Below are positions 35,589-45,768 of a stretch of 61,304 nucleotides of DNA, piece by piece (the first letter of the stretch is position 1; each line of letters opens with the position of its first letter). The DNA lies in assembly GCA_003220675.1 (NCBI GenBank), contig QHTD01000058.1:1-61304 (forward strand). Direction: 5' to 3'. The DNA comes from Candidatus Rokuibacteriota bacterium (GTDB lineage: Bacteria; Methylomirabilota; Methylomirabilia; Rokubacteriales; CSP1-6). The position numbers and the translations under genes were made by a program. The notes under the pieces are model-generated. The model was not told where the DNA came from and did no database searches. It saw only the letters and a list, made by a program, of their open reading frames with translations.

Positions 35589-36917
35589 TCAGATCCCTCC
35601 CACGAACCGTCCCGGGTTCAAGATCCGTTGAGGATCGAACTCTGCCTTCGGTCGTCGCATGAACGGAAGGGCCTTCTCCGCCAATCCCCAGACGTCCACC
35701 CGGCTCTTCACCTCGGGCGGCGCGTCGAGGACGACGACGTTCCCTTCGGCCTCCTGGGCAAAGGCGCGAAGCCGGTTCACCGCTTCGGCCACGCCTTGCC
35801 GGAACCGCTCATCTGAGGCGGCCTCGCCCGTGAGGTGGTACCGGATGATCCCCGACCCCGCTTCGGAGACGACTCCGAGACGCAAACCCTGTTTCGCCGC
35901 CACCTCCTCTCCCACCCTCACGGCGTCGGCCACTTTGGTCAGCAGCACGCTCGCCTTGAGGACCACCTGAAGCCCATCGCCCAAGGCAAAGTCCCGGGTC
36001 GCGCGCCAGAAGGCGTCGTGGACCTGGCCATCCAGGACATGTCCCTCGGCGGCGCCCGCCTCACGGCAGAGGCGTCTCACCGTTTCGAGTTGGGCATCGA
36101 CCGCCTCGGGGCGAATGCTGCCGATCGCGACGGCCAGGCCACAACGCGCCTTCGGCCAAGGGAGCCCGGCCTGCTCCGCGACTCGACGCGACGCCTCCGG
36201 GTTCAAAAGCTCCACTGCGAACGGAACCAACGGCGAGTCGAGGATCCTCGCGACAACGTCCCGCGCGGCATCGACCGAATCGAGCGAGGCGAGGCAGGTT
36301 CTTTCGACCGCGGGCATGGGGTGAAGCCGGAAGGTCGCTTCGACGATGATCCCTAGAGTTCCGAGGGAGCCGATGTACAGCTTGTTCATGTCGTACCCGG
36401 TCACGTTCTTGACGACTTTCGCCCCGCCTTTCGTAACCTTCCCGTCGGCGTGGACGACCCGGATGGCAATGACGAGATCCCTCGAGGCCCCATAGCGGAG
36501 CCGCCGCGGACCGCTCGAGTTCGTCGCCAGGATGCCACCGAGCGTCGCCAGGTCTGCGTAAGGAGGATCCAGCCCGATGAATTGCCCGTTTCGACCCAAG
36601 ACCGCCTGGGCCTCTTTGAGCAGGCTTCCAGCCCGGAAGGTGGCGGTCATGTCCGCCGGCTCGTAGTCCACCACCCCGTTCAGCCGAGAGAGGACGACCA
36701 CGAGGTCGACGCGGTCGGGGATACCGCCTAACGCCATCTTCGTCCCGCTCCCCCGAGGGACGACCTTTAACCCCTCGGCGGAGGCGAAAGCCATGGTGGT
36801 CGAGACCTCCTCCACCGACCCTGGAAACACGACGGCCCGGGCGAGCTTACTATCGACGACGTACCGTGCGGCTCCGGGGCCGGCCACGATGTGGTCCGCA
36901 CCGACCAGGTCGCTCAA
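35589..36917 (-). CDS. glcE: FAD-binding glycolate oxidase subunit GlcE-like
   Basis: FAD-binding PCMH-type N-terminus (PRGSGTKMALGG). Packed 1 nt from the glcF-like start. Confidence 0.7.
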   Translation of the reverse strand: MSDLVGADHIVAGPGAARYVVDSKLARAVVFPGSVEEVSTTMAFASAEGLKVVPRGSGTKMALGGIPDRVDLVVVLSRLNGVVDYEPADMTATFRAGSLLKEAQAVLGRNGQFIGLDPPYADLATLGGILATNSSGPRRLRYGASRDLVIAIRVVHADGKVTKGGAKVVKNVTGYDMNKLYIGSLGTLGIIVEATFRLHPMPAVERTCLASLDSVDAARDVVARILDSPLVPFAVELLNPEASRRVAEQAGLPWPKARCGLAVAIGSIRPEAVDAQLETVRRLCREAGAAEGHVLDGQVHDAFWRATRDFALGDGLQVVLKASVLLTKVADAVRVGEEVAAKQGLRLGVVSEAGSGIIRYHLTGEAASDERFRQGVAEAVNRLRAFAQEAEGNVVVLDAPPEVKSRVDVWGLAEKALPFMRRPKAEFDPQRILNPGRFVGGI

Positions 36918-36956
36918 GCGTTGGATCAGGGCCCCTTCAGAGAGTACGGTCTCCTC

Positions 36957-38408
36957 CTACGCGCGCCGCAGCACCTTATCCAACGCTTCGCGCTGCCCCG
37001 CGGGACCGACCTCTCCGCCTCGCATGGCCGCGGGAAAGATCTTCCCCGGGTTCAGGAGGCCATCGGGGTCGAAGACCTTCTTTATCTTCCGCATCGCTTC
37101 GAGGTCGTCATCGTTGAACATGAGCGGCATGAAGTCCCGCTTCTCCAGGCCGATCCCGTGTTCCCCGGTCAGGCTGCCGCCCATCTCGACGCAGGCCTTG
37201 ACGATCTCCGCGCCCATTTCTTCTGCTTTGCGCAGCTCCCCCTCGTTCGCCGAGTTGTAGAGGATGAGGGGGTGGAGGTTGCCATCGCCGGCGTGAAAGA
37301 CGTTGGCCACCCGAAGGCCGTATTTCTGGGAAAGCTCGCCGATGAGTTTCATGACCGGAGGAAGCTTTGTCCGCGGGATCACCGAGTCCTGCACGTAGTA
37401 TTCGGGGCTGATCTGCCCCATGGCGGCGAAGGCGGCCTTCCGTCCCTTCCAGAGCAGGAGCCGCTCGTTTTCGTCCTTCGCCACCCGGACCTCCCGGACA
37501 TGGTTCGCTTTGCACACCTCGATGATCGGGCCGACCAAAGCCTCCACTTCCTCTTTGGGCCCGTCCACCTCGACGAGGAGAACGGCCACGGCGTCCAGGG
37601 GATACCCGGCCGCCACTCCTTTCTCGACCGCCTGGATGCTGTTGTTGTCCATCATTTCGATCGCGGCCGGGACGATCCCTTGTCCCACGATCTCCGAGAC
37701 GGTGTTCGACGCATCCTCAATGGTCTCAAAGACGCCCATCAAGGTCTTGACTGCCTCAGGCGTCCGCATGATTCTGACGATGACCTTGGTGGCGATCCCA
37801 AAGGTCCCCTCCGAGCCGACGAAGATCCCGGTCAGATCGTAGCCGAGCGGATCCAGCGTCCTCCCACCGAAGTTGACGATGTCGCCGTCGGGAAGGACGA
37901 CCTCCAATCCGAGGACATGGTTCGTCGTCACCCCATACTTGGGTGTGCGGGGGCCGCCGGAGTTCTCAGCGACGTTTCCCCCGATGCTGCACGCCGTCTG
38001 GCTGGCGGGATCAGGCGAGTAATAATAGCCTCGCGGGGCGAGGGCGTTCGTAAGCCAGACGTTCACCAGACCGGGCTCCACCACAGCCCGCTGGTTCTCG
38101 TAGTCGATGTCGAGGACCCGATTCATCCGGTTGAGCCCGATGAGAATCCCCCCATCGACTGGAAGGGCCCCTCCCGAGAGCCCTGTTCCTGCTCCCCTCG
38201 CCACAAAGGGGATCCGCTCTCGGTGGCAGACCTTCACGACCCCCGCCACCTGCTCTGCCGAGCGGGGCAGGACGACGATGTCCGGCATGGCCTTGAAGAT
38301 GGTCAGGCCGTCCGTCTCGTAGACTCGGAGCTCGCCGGGATCGGTGGCGACACCGTCTGAGCCGACGATTCCGATCAGCTCCCTGGCGATTCGCTCCTTG
38401 TCCATCAC
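36957..38408 (-). CDS. glcD: FAD-linked oxidase, glycolate oxidase subunit GlcD-like
   Basis: 483 aa with ARGAGTGLSGGA FAD motif and a C-terminal FAD-oxidase_C-like region. Confidence 0.8.
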   Translation of the reverse strand: MMDKERIARELIGIVGSDGVATDPGELRVYETDGLTIFKAMPDIVVLPRSAEQVAGVVKVCHRERIPFVARGAGTGLSGGALPVDGGILIGLNRMNRVLDIDYENQRAVVEPGLVNVWLTNALAPRGYYYSPDPASQTACSIGGNVAENSGGPRTPKYGVTTNHVLGLEVVLPDGDIVNFGGRTLDPLGYDLTGIFVGSEGTFGIATKVIVRIMRTPEAVKTLMGVFETIEDASNTVSEIVGQGIVPAAIEMMDNNSIQAVEKGVAAGYPLDAVAVLLVEVDGPKEEVEALVGPIIEVCKANHVREVRVAKDENERLLLWKGRKAAFAAMGQISPEYYVQDSVIPRTKLPPVMKLIGELSQKYGLRVANVFHAGDGNLHPLILYNSANEGELRKAEEMGAEIVKACVEMGGSLTGEHGIGLEKRDFMPLMFNDDDLEAMRKIKKVFDPDGLLNPGKIFPAAMRGGEVGPAGQREALDKVLRRA

Positions 38409-38682
38409 CAGCCCCTCAGACGCTCGATCATGGGATACCCGTGGTGTGGCCAGACACCTGCCCGAGAGAAAACAGGCTACGAGCCGACCACATTCGGGAT
38501 CTCATCTCGGACTCGGCACGTTAAGGAAATCCGCTCAGGCCGATTCATGGCCGTCCGGGCGAACGCCGTCGGATTATAGCAGCTAAAGGTCGCGATCCGC
38601 TGCCGCGCTTCGTCACCCGCTGGGACGCTCTAGAGCACCTCTCGTGGCGGCACGGTCGGCTGGAAGTTGCCATCCGGTGCCG

Positions 38683-38710
38683 TGACAAGTGTCAGCCTGC
38701 CGGAATTCCG
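38683..38710. promoter_or_regulatory. two perfect palindromes (possible enhancer/operator sites)
   Basis: TGACA-AG-TGTCA (38683-38694) and CGGAATTCCG (38701-38710), located ~80-105 nt upstream of the sigma54 -24 element. Confidence 0.35.
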
Positions 38711-38788
38711 CCGGGTCGGCCTGAACCTGGCGTCCCCATAGATCATTCTTTTCAATGAATTAAGGAACCAGGTGGACAGTCAAATCCT

Positions 38789-38804
38789 CGGCACGGTGGT
38801 TGCA
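38789..38804 (+). promoter_or_regulatory. sigma54 (-24/-12) promoter
   Basis: CGGCAC-ggtgg-TTGCA is a near-perfect match to TGGCAC-N5-TTGCA. Lies 34 nt upstream of ATG 38838, with an AT-rich, IHF-like TTCAATGAATTA at 38751-38762. Confidence 0.65.
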
Positions 38805-38837
38805 GCTACCGGAGCGAGAAATACGGGGAGGTCCACC

Positions 38838-39242
38838 ATGGACACGAACATCCAGAAGCGGCTCGAACAGGATCTGAAAGTGGCGGTGTCACGACTCCGG
38901 CAGATTGGTGGGGCCGTGGCCGTCGACGAATTGCCCGGGGCGATCGGGGACAATTCCCCCTTTGCCGACGAGGTGGACGAGATCCAGGCCAACGAGAGCC
39001 GTGAGATCGGCTTCGCCACCCGCGAGCTCCTGGTGGCGCGCGTCAATCGGCTGTCGGCGGCGCTCGACCGGCTGAGCGAGGGGGAGTACGGCACGTGCGT
39101 CGAGTGCAGCGAGGAGATTTCTCCCGCCCGGCTGCGCGCCATGCCCGAGGTACAGACCTGCGTCCGCTGCCAGGACAGGCTCGAGCGCCTCGGTCGCCAG
39201 TACGAGCCGGAGGAGACGGAGCCCGCGTTCGACGACGAGTAA
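38838..39242 (+). CDS. DksA/TraR-family C4 zinc-finger protein
   Basis: ATG 38838 with SD GGGGAGG. Coiled-coil-like N-terminus and CVEC-N17-CVRC zinc finger. 134 aa. Confidence 0.85.
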   Translation: MDTNIQKRLEQDLKVAVSRLRQIGGAVAVDELPGAIGDNSPFADEVDEIQANESREIGFATRELLVARVNRLSAALDRLSEGEYGTCVECSEEISPARLRAMPEVQTCVRCQDRLERLGRQYEPEETEPAFDDE

Positions 39243-39264
39243 CGGGCAGAGTCGAAAGATCCAC

Positions 39265-39299
39265 GGGGCCGGGAAGCTTCCCGGCCCCGTTTTCTTTTG
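39265..39299 (+). terminator. rho-independent terminator
   Basis: GGGGCCGGGA-AGCT-TCCCGGCCCC followed by GTTTTCTTTT. Confidence 0.9.
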
Positions 39300-39314
39300 T
39301 GTATAGGCTAAGGC

Positions 39315-39935
39315 GTGCACACACCCGTCCTGGACCTCTTCCGTCCCGGGTTCCACGCGCTCTGCCGCGCCTACTTCGGTCTCGAGCTGGTCGGCGTCGA
39401 GCACATCCCGGCGACGGGACCCCTGATCGTCACGCCGAACCACCAGACCTACGCCGACCCGCCGCTCGTCACGATCCCCGTCCGTCGGCGTGTGTACTAC
39501 ATGGCGTGGAGCCGTCTCTTCCAGATCCCCCTGTTCGGGCGGTTCATCCGGTTGCTCCACGCATTCCCCGTCCAGATCGAGTCGTCGGACCCGCGGGCCG
39601 CGCGCGAGGCGGTCCGGCTGCTGCAGGCGGGGCAGGTGGTGATGATCTTTCCCGAGGGCGAGCGGAGCCCTGACGGTCGCGTCCAGCCCTTCAAGCCGGG
39701 CGCGTTCCGCCTCGCGGCGTCGCTCGCCACGCCGGTCCTGCCCGTGACGATCGCCGGTGGCCACGACGCCTGGCCACCGGGACGCCTCCTGCCCCGTCCC
39801 AGGCGGATCACGATCACGTACCACCCGTCGATCCACCCCGATCCGAGCCTCGAGCCGCGGCAGGCCGCGGGTGACCTGGCCGGGCGTGCTTACGCGGCCG
39901 TCGTCAGCGCGCTTCCGCCCGTCACGACGCGCTAA
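39315..39935 (+). CDS. plsC: 1-acyl-sn-glycerol-3-phosphate acyltransferase
   Basis: HX4D motif NHQTYAD and FPEGERS motif. GTG start. Confidence 0.85.
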   Translation: MHTPVLDLFRPGFHALCRAYFGLELVGVEHIPATGPLIVTPNHQTYADPPLVTIPVRRRVYYMAWSRLFQIPLFGRFIRLLHAFPVQIESSDPRAAREAVRLLQAGQVVMIFPEGERSPDGRVQPFKPGAFRLAASLATPVLPVTIAGGHDAWPPGRLLPRPRRITITYHPSIHPDPSLEPRQAAGDLAGRAYAAVVSALPPVTTR

Positions 39936-39964
39936 CCCTTGACAACTCCACGCCGAGGGCGACT

Positions 39965-40234
39965 ATGGCTCCGGACCAGCGTCGCAGGGGGGGTGCGTTG
40001 ATGACGAGCAGGGTCCGAATCAACCTCGCCAATCCCATGGAACTTCTGGAACTCCCCGGCATCAGCCCCCAGCAGGCGATGGCCATCGTCAAGTTCCGCG
40101 CCGAGCACGGCCCCATCCGAGACGCGGCCGAACTGGCGCGGATCCTGAGCGGATGGCGCCTGAGCGACGCGGCCCTGGAGCGCCTGGACTTCGATCCCGC
40201 CGACAGCACCGCGCCGGAATCGCCGGGCGCGTAG
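39965..40234 (+). CDS. ComEA-like helix-hairpin-helix DNA-binding protein
   Basis: INLANPMELLELPGISPQQAMAIVKFR HhH pattern. The start could instead be ATG 40001. Confidence 0.65.
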   Translation: MAPDQRRRGGALMTSRVRINLANPMELLELPGISPQQAMAIVKFRAEHGPIRDAAELARILSGWRLSDAALERLDFDPADSTAPESPGA

Positions 40235-40427
40235 TTCCCGCGGCTCGCGCGCGCCTGCCGGGGTCGGGATCTGCCCCCGGGGACGGGGGGTGGCTCGACC
40301 ACGCGGCTCGCGTGCGCATCGCCCGTCGCGGCTGGGCTCCATCCCGGCGCCTTAAGGTCCGCATTCGACGTTGGCATCGTACAGGGTCTCGTCCACCCCC
40401 AGCGCGGGGGCGGACCCGCGACCCCGG

Positions 40428-41639
40428 CTATGCGTTGCGCTCTTCGACGCGATAGCCCGCGTCTTCGAGACGCTGCTTGAGGGCGTCGATCTGCGCGCGC
40501 CCCGAGGTTTCGAGCGTCAGCTCGACCTCGGTCTCGCCGATCCCCCCGCTCGAGAACGCGCGGTCGTGCTCGATGTGCAGGATGTTGGCGCGCTCCGCGG
40601 CGATGAGGGTGGTGAGCCGGGCGAGCGCACCGGGCTGGTCGCGCAGGAGCACGCCCAGGCGCACGAGCCGGCCGTCCTTGACGAGGCCGCGCTCGATGAT
40701 CCGCGAGATCACGGTCACGTCGATGTTGCCGCCGGAGAGGACCAGCACCACGTTGAGGCCCGCGAGCCCGAGCGCGCGGTTGAGAAGCGCGGCCAGCGGT
40801 GCGGCGCCCGCGCCCTCGACGACCGTCTTCTCGATCTCGAGCAGAAGGAGGATCGCGTTCGCCAGCTCCTCCTCGCTCACCGTCACCACCCGGTCCACGT
40901 GACGCCGCGCCAGGGCGAGCGTCAGCTCGCCGACCTGGCGCACGGCGATGCCGTCGGCGATCGTGGAGGCGGGCGGCAGCCGCACCCGCTCGCGCCCCTC
41001 GAGCGCGATCTTCATGGCGGGCAGCGCCGCGGCCTGCACGCCGATCACCTGCACCTCGGGCCGGTGGGACTTGACGGCGAGGGCGACACCGGCGATGAGC
41101 CCACCGCCGCCGACGGGGACGAGCACCGCGTCCATTTCCGGCCGCTGCGCGAGCAGCTCGAGCCCGAGCGTGCCCTGCCCGGCGATGACGCGCTCGTCGT
41201 CGAACGGGTGGACGAACGCGAGCCCGCGCTCGGCCTGGACCTCGCGGGCGCGCCCGTACGCCTCGTCGTAGTTCGCGCCGTGCAGGATGACCTCGGCGCC
41301 GTAGCGGCGGGAGGACGTCACCTTGATGAGCGGCGCCCATTCCGGCATGACGATGACGGCCGGGATCCCGAGGCGGGAGGCGTGAAAGGCGACCGCGAGG
41401 CCGTGGTTGCCGGCGCTGGCCGCGATGACGCCACGCGCGCGCTCGTCCGCGTCGAGCTGGAGCAGGAGGTTGGCGGCTCCGCGCTCCTTGAACGAGCCGG
41501 TCATCTGGAGGTTCTCGAGCTTGACGAAGCAGCGCGCGCCGGAGAGCTCCGAGAGCGTCTGCGAGTAGGGGCAGGGTGAATCGTAGATTGCGCCCTCGAG
41601 GCGCTTCTTGGCCCGTTCGAGATCGGCAGGCTCGAGCAT
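40428..41639 (-). CDS. ilvA: threonine ammonia-lyase (threonine dehydratase) with one C-terminal ACT-like domain
   Basis: PLP lysine motif GSFKERG and GGGGLIAG loop. 403 aa. Confidence 0.9.
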   Translation of the reverse strand: MLEPADLERAKKRLEGAIYDSPCPYSQTLSELSGARCFVKLENLQMTGSFKERGAANLLLQLDADERARGVIAASAGNHGLAVAFHASRLGIPAVIVMPEWAPLIKVTSSRRYGAEVILHGANYDEAYGRAREVQAERGLAFVHPFDDERVIAGQGTLGLELLAQRPEMDAVLVPVGGGGLIAGVALAVKSHRPEVQVIGVQAAALPAMKIALEGRERVRLPPASTIADGIAVRQVGELTLALARRHVDRVVTVSEEELANAILLLLEIEKTVVEGAGAAPLAALLNRALGLAGLNVVLVLSGGNIDVTVISRIIERGLVKDGRLVRLGVLLRDQPGALARLTTLIAAERANILHIEHDRAFSSGGIGETEVELTLETSGRAQIDALKQRLEDAGYRVEERNA

Positions 41640-41641
41640 GA

Positions 41642-42541
41642 CTAGAAGGGCATGCGCGGTTCGGCGAACGCGGGGGACATCAGCGCGACCGGCATCAGCG
41701 GCGTCGAGTGCGCCCAGCCCGTGCGGCCCCGCCAGTCGACGAGGATCAGCCCGCCCTGGCCGCGGCCTTCCTCGACCAGGAGGTCCACGGCGACCCTCGC
41801 CGCATAGTCGGGATCGTGAGCCTCCTTGAGGTAGTCGAGCGCCCGGCGGGCGAGCACCACGCGGATGATCGCCTCACCGTCGCCCGTGCACGAGACGCCG
41901 CCGATCGAGCTCTCGGCGTAGGTCCCGCAGCCGATCAGCGCGCTGTCGCCGACGCGCCCCGGGAGCTTGCCCGCGAGGCCGCCGGTGGAGGTGGCGGCGG
42001 CGATCGTGCCGTTCGTGTCCAGGGCGACGGCGCCGACCGTTCCCTGCATCGCCGCCAATCGCTCGTGATGGCGCACGAGCTGGCGCTCGGTGACGAGCGA
42101 CTGCGGGTCGCACTCGGGAAGCCCCTGCGTCCGGGCAAAGGCGAGGGCGCCGTCGCCGACGAGGAGGATGTGGCGGCTCGCCTCCATGACCCGCCGGGCG
42201 AGCGTGAGCGGATTGGCGATCCGGCTCACGGCCGCCACGGCGCCGCACTGGAGCCGGTCACCTTCCATGATCGAGGCGTCCATCTCGATCGTGCCGGCGG
42301 AGGTGAGGACGGAGCCGCGCCCGGCGTTGAAGCGTGGGTGGTCCTCGAGCGCGCGCACGGCGTGCTCGACGGCGTCGAGCGCGTTGCCCCCCTCCCGGAG
42401 CACCCGCCAGCCCTCGAGGACGGCGGCCCGGACGCCCCCGCGGAGCTCGTCCCGCCCCTCGGCGGGGTCGGCCCCGGCGCCGCCGTGGACGATGACGGAC
42501 GGCACGCGCAGGGCGGGGACCCGGTCGCGCTGTAGCGGCAT
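41642..42541 (-). CDS. isoaspartyl peptidase / L-asparaginase (Ntn-hydrolase, plant-type)
   Basis: ATG 42541 gives [17 protein letters not shown]. Autoproteolysis/nucleophile motif GTVGAVALD. The longer ORF adds an Arg-rich leader. Confidence 0.85.
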   Translation of the reverse strand: MPLQRDRVPALRVPSVIVHGGAGADPAEGRDELRGGVRAAVLEGWRVLREGGNALDAVEHAVRALEDHPRFNAGRGSVLTSAGTIEMDASIMEGDRLQCGAVAAVSRIANPLTLARRVMEASRHILLVGDGALAFARTQGLPECDPQSLVTERQLVRHHERLAAMQGTVGAVALDTNGTIAAATSTGGLAGKLPGRVGDSALIGCGTYAESSIGGVSCTGDGEAIIRVVLARRALDYLKEAHDPDYAARVAVDLLVEEGRGQGGLILVDWRGRTGWAHSTPLMPVALMSPAFAEPRMPF

Positions 42542-42570
42542 GGCTTTCACCGTGTCACAATCCGGCCGGA

Positions 42571-43278
42571 TTGCAAAGAGCTCTCGCGCGCTTGAACGCG
42601 ACGATCGTGCGCTGTCGCAAGTGTCCGCGGCTCGTCGCCTATCGTGAAGCCGTCGCCGCCGCGCCACCGCGCCGGTATGCGGGCGAGGGCTACTGGGCGC
42701 GGCCGCTGCCGGGGTTTGGCGACCCGCGCGCACGCCTGCTCCTCGTCGGGCTCGCGCCCGCGGCGCACGGCGGCAATCGCACGGGGCGGATGTTCACGGG
42801 CGATCGGAGCGGTGACTGGCTCTTCGACGCGCTCCACCACGCGGGCTTCGCGAACCGGCCGACCTCGCGACACCGGGACGACGGCCTCCGGCTCAGCGAC
42901 GCCTACATCACTGCGGCGCTCCGCTGCGCGCCGCCCGCCAACAAGCCGACGCCCCGGGAGCTCGCGCGCTGCGAGCCGTACCTGCTCGAGGAGCTGCGGC
43001 TCCTGGACCGCGTGAGCGTCGTTGTGGGGCTCGGGCGCATCGGCTGGCAGGCGTACCTGCGCGCGCGCCGCCGGCTCGGCACGCCCCGACCGCGGCGCGC
43101 GCCGCGCTTCGCGCACGGCGCCGTGACGACCTTTGCCGACGGCATCACGCTCATTGCCTCGTACCACCCGAGCCAGCAGAACACGTTTACCGGCAAGCTC
43201 ACGCGACCGATGCTGCGCCGGATCTTCGCGACCGCCCGTCGCCTCCTGACGCGCTCGCGCCGGCAGGCACGCGCGTAG
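42571..43278 (+). CDS. uracil-DNA glycosylase, family 5 (UdgB-like, Fe-S)
   Basis: [19 protein letters not shown] and HPSQQN motifs, with CxxC near the N-terminus. TTG start. Confidence 0.85.
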   Translation: MQRALARLNATIVRCRKCPRLVAYREAVAAAPPRRYAGEGYWARPLPGFGDPRARLLLVGLAPAAHGGNRTGRMFTGDRSGDWLFDALHHAGFANRPTSRHRDDGLRLSDAYITAALRCAPPANKPTPRELARCEPYLLEELRLLDRVSVVVGLGRIGWQAYLRARRRLGTPRPRRAPRFAHGAVTTFADGITLIASYHPSQQNTFTGKLTRPMLRRIFATARRLLTRSRRQARA

Positions 43279-43389
43279 CTTCTGGGCGTTGCCTCGGCAC
43301 CGAGAGGATGGTTTCAGCTCACGCAGTGAGTGCTAGCGTGGTCGAGGATGGCCTCCCGCCCCTCGGCGTCGGCGGCCGACCGGGACGGC

Positions 43390-44433
43390 TCAGTCCACGA
43401 GATCGGCGGGGAGGCGGGGGCGCTCGGTAACGGTCAGCGTGAGCTCGCGGCTCTGGCCGTCCCGCACGATCGTGATCTTCATGCGCTGACCGGGCTTGAG
43501 CGTCCGCACCTTGGCGACGTACTCCTGGTGGGTCCGGATCGGCGTGCCCTGGATCGCGGTGAGGATGTCGCCGCCCAGCAGGTACTCTTCGCCCTGGACG
43601 ACGACCGACGTGCTGCCGCCGCGCACGCCGGCGCGCTCCGCCGGGCTCCCGTCGTGGACGATCTCGACGAGGTAGCCGCTGGCGAACGGCAGCTTGACGA
43701 GCGAGGAGAGGCTTGCGTCCACCTCGCGTCCCTGGATGCCGAGCCACGGGCGGACCACGCGCCCGATCTCCCGCAGGTCGTGGAGGACCGCTTTCGCGCT
43801 GTTGATCGGCACCGAGAAGCCGATCGATTGCGCCTCCTCGGAGATGAACGTGTTGATGCCGACGACGTGGCCGCACCGGTCCACGAGCGGGCCACCCGAG
43901 TTGCCCGGGTTGATCGGCGCGTCGGTCTGGATCATGGGCTGCTCTGCGAGTCCCGGCAGGATACGGTTGAGGCCGCTCACGATCCCACGCGTCATCGTCT
44001 GCTCGAGGCCGATGGGGTTGCCGATCGCCGCGACCTCCTCGCCCACGCGGAGCGTGGACGAGTCGCCGAGCCGCGCGGTGGTCAGCGGGATCGTCGTCTC
44101 GATCCGGATCAGCGCGAGGTCGAGCACGGAGTCGAGGCCGATCACCCTCGCCAGCACCTTCGTGCCCGAGTCGAGCGTGACCGAGAGGGACGCGGCGCTA
44201 TCCACGACGTGGGCGTTCGTCAGGACCTGGCCGTCGCGCTCGATCACGACGCCGGAGCCGACGCTCGTCTCGAAGCGGCGCTGGGCCTTCGCCTTGTTGA
44301 TCTTCGTCGTCTGGATCGAGACGACCGCCGGCGAGACCATCTCGTAGACGGCGGCGAACGACTCGCTACAGGGCTCCGCGAACGCGGGCGCCGGGAGCAG
44401 CAGCATTACCGGAAGGAGCGCGGCGAAACGCAT
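43390..44433 (-). CDS. HtrA/DegP-family periplasmic serine protease with one PDZ domain
   Basis: ATG 44433 with signal peptide MRFAALLPVMLLLPAPAFA. Catalytic triad motifs TNAHVV, DLALI and GNSGGPL. The upstream part of the 736-aa ORF is antisense junk. Confidence 0.9.
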   Translation of the reverse strand: MRFAALLPVMLLLPAPAFAEPCSESFAAVYEMVSPAVVSIQTTKINKAKAQRRFETSVGSGVVIERDGQVLTNAHVVDSAASLSVTLDSGTKVLARVIGLDSVLDLALIRIETTIPLTTARLGDSSTLRVGEEVAAIGNPIGLEQTMTRGIVSGLNRILPGLAEQPMIQTDAPINPGNSGGPLVDRCGHVVGINTFISEEAQSIGFSVPINSAKAVLHDLREIGRVVRPWLGIQGREVDASLSSLVKLPFASGYLVEIVHDGSPAERAGVRGGSTSVVVQGEEYLLGGDILTAIQGTPIRTHQEYVAKVRTLKPGQRMKITIVRDGQSRELTLTVTERPRLPADLVD

Positions 44434-44460
44434 AGGCGTGGATGATACACTAATCGACCA

Positions 44461-45768
44461 GTGAGAAGGGCTCTCGTCGTCTTCCTCGTCCCGCTCCTCC
44501 TCGGCGCTCCACCAGCCCGGGCCGCGGACACCGTCGTCGCCGAGACGCTCGACAACGGGCTGCGGGTGATCCTCCTGGAGGACCACCGGAGCCCGATCGT
44601 CTCCTCCCAGGTCTGGTACCGGGTCGGCTCGCGCAACGAGCGGCGCGGAGCGACCGGCATCGCGCACTTCCTCGAGCACATGATGTTCAAGGGCACGCCC
44701 ACCCACGGGCGCGGCCAGTTCGCGCGGATCGTCGAGCAGAACGGCGGTCAGGACAACGCGTTCACCTCCCAGGACGTCACCTCGTACTTCGTCAACATCG
44801 CCGCCGACAAGCTCGACCTCGTGATCGAGCTCGAAGCGGATCGGATGCACAACCTCCTGCTCGACCCCAAGGAGATCGAGTCGGAGCGCCAGGTGGTCAT
44901 CGAGGAGCGGCGGACGCGCACCGAAGACGACCCGGGCGGGTTCCTCGGCGAGGAGGTGGCGTCGATCGCCTTCAAGGCGCACCCGTACGGCTCCCCGATC
45001 ATCGGCTGGCAGGAGGACATCGCCCGGATCACGCCCGAGGAGATCCGCGCCTTCTACCGGTCGTACTACGTCCCGAACAACGCGATGGTCGTCGCCGTCG
45101 GCGACTTTCGGGCCGGCGAGGTGCTCGAGCGGATCAAGCGCCGCTTCGGCGGGATCCCGCGCGGCGCGGCGCCGCCGCCCGTGCTGACCGTCGAGCCGCC
45201 GCCGAACGGCGAGCGGCGTGTCGTCGTGCGCAAGCAGGCGGAGCTGCCGATCGTCTATCTCGCCTATCACGTCCCGAACCAGCGCTCGAACGACGCGGCC
45301 CCGCTCGAGGTTCTCTCCACGATCCTCTCCGGGGGGCGGGCGTCGCGGCTCTACCGGTATCTCGTCTACGAGCGGCGGCTCGCGCTCGAGGCGGGTGGCG
45401 ACTACTCCTATTTCTCGATCGACCCGAACCTCTTCTGGTTCTGGGCGACGGCGATGCCCGGCCAGACGCCGGAGACGCTCGAGAAGGAGCTGCTCGCGCA
45501 GGTGGAGCGGCTCAAGACCGAGCCGGTCACCGACGAGGAGCTCCGGCGCGCGAAGAACCAGATCGAGGCAGCGTTCGTCTTCCAAGAGGACTCGATCCAC
45601 CGCCGCGCCTCGCTCCTGGCCCGGTTCGAGGTGATCGGGGGCTACGCGCAGAAAGATCAGTTCCTCGCGAAGATCCGCGCCGTGACCGCGGCCGACCTCG
45701 TGCGCGTCGCCGGTAGCTGGTTCCCCGAAGACAAGAAGAACGTCGGGATCCTCCTCCCGAAACCCTGA
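44461..45768 (+). CDS. M16-family zinc peptidase (active subunit)
   Basis: Inverted zinc motif HFLEHMMFKG; signal peptide present. Confidence 0.9.
   Translation: MRRALVVFLVPLLLGAPPARAADTVVAETLDNGLRVILLEDHRSPIVSSQVWYRVGSRNERRGATGIAHFLEHMMFKGTPTHGRGQFARIVEQNGGQDNAFTSQDVTSYFVNIAADKLDLVIELEADRMHNLLLDPKEIESERQVVIEERRTRTEDDPGGFLGEEVASIAFKAHPYGSPIIGWQEDIARITPEEIRAFYRSYYVPNNAMVVAVGDFRAGEVLERIKRRFGGIPRGAAPPPVLTVEPPPNGERRVVVRKQAELPIVYLAYHVPNQRSNDAAPLEVLSTILSGGRASRLYRYLVYERRLALEAGGDYSYFSIDPNLFWFWATAMPGQTPETLEKELLAQVERLKTEPVTDEELRRAKNQIEAAFVFQEDSIHRRASLLARFEVIGGYAQKDQFLAKIRAVTAADLVRVAGSWFPEDKKNVGILLPKP

Noticed and set aside
38667-38682. Sigma54-like element on the minus strand (CGGCAC-cggat-GGCAA) that could serve the glcD-like gene.
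   Set aside because: The GG-to-GC spacing is 11 nt rather than 12, the -12 box is poor, and it lies ~270 nt from the start codon.
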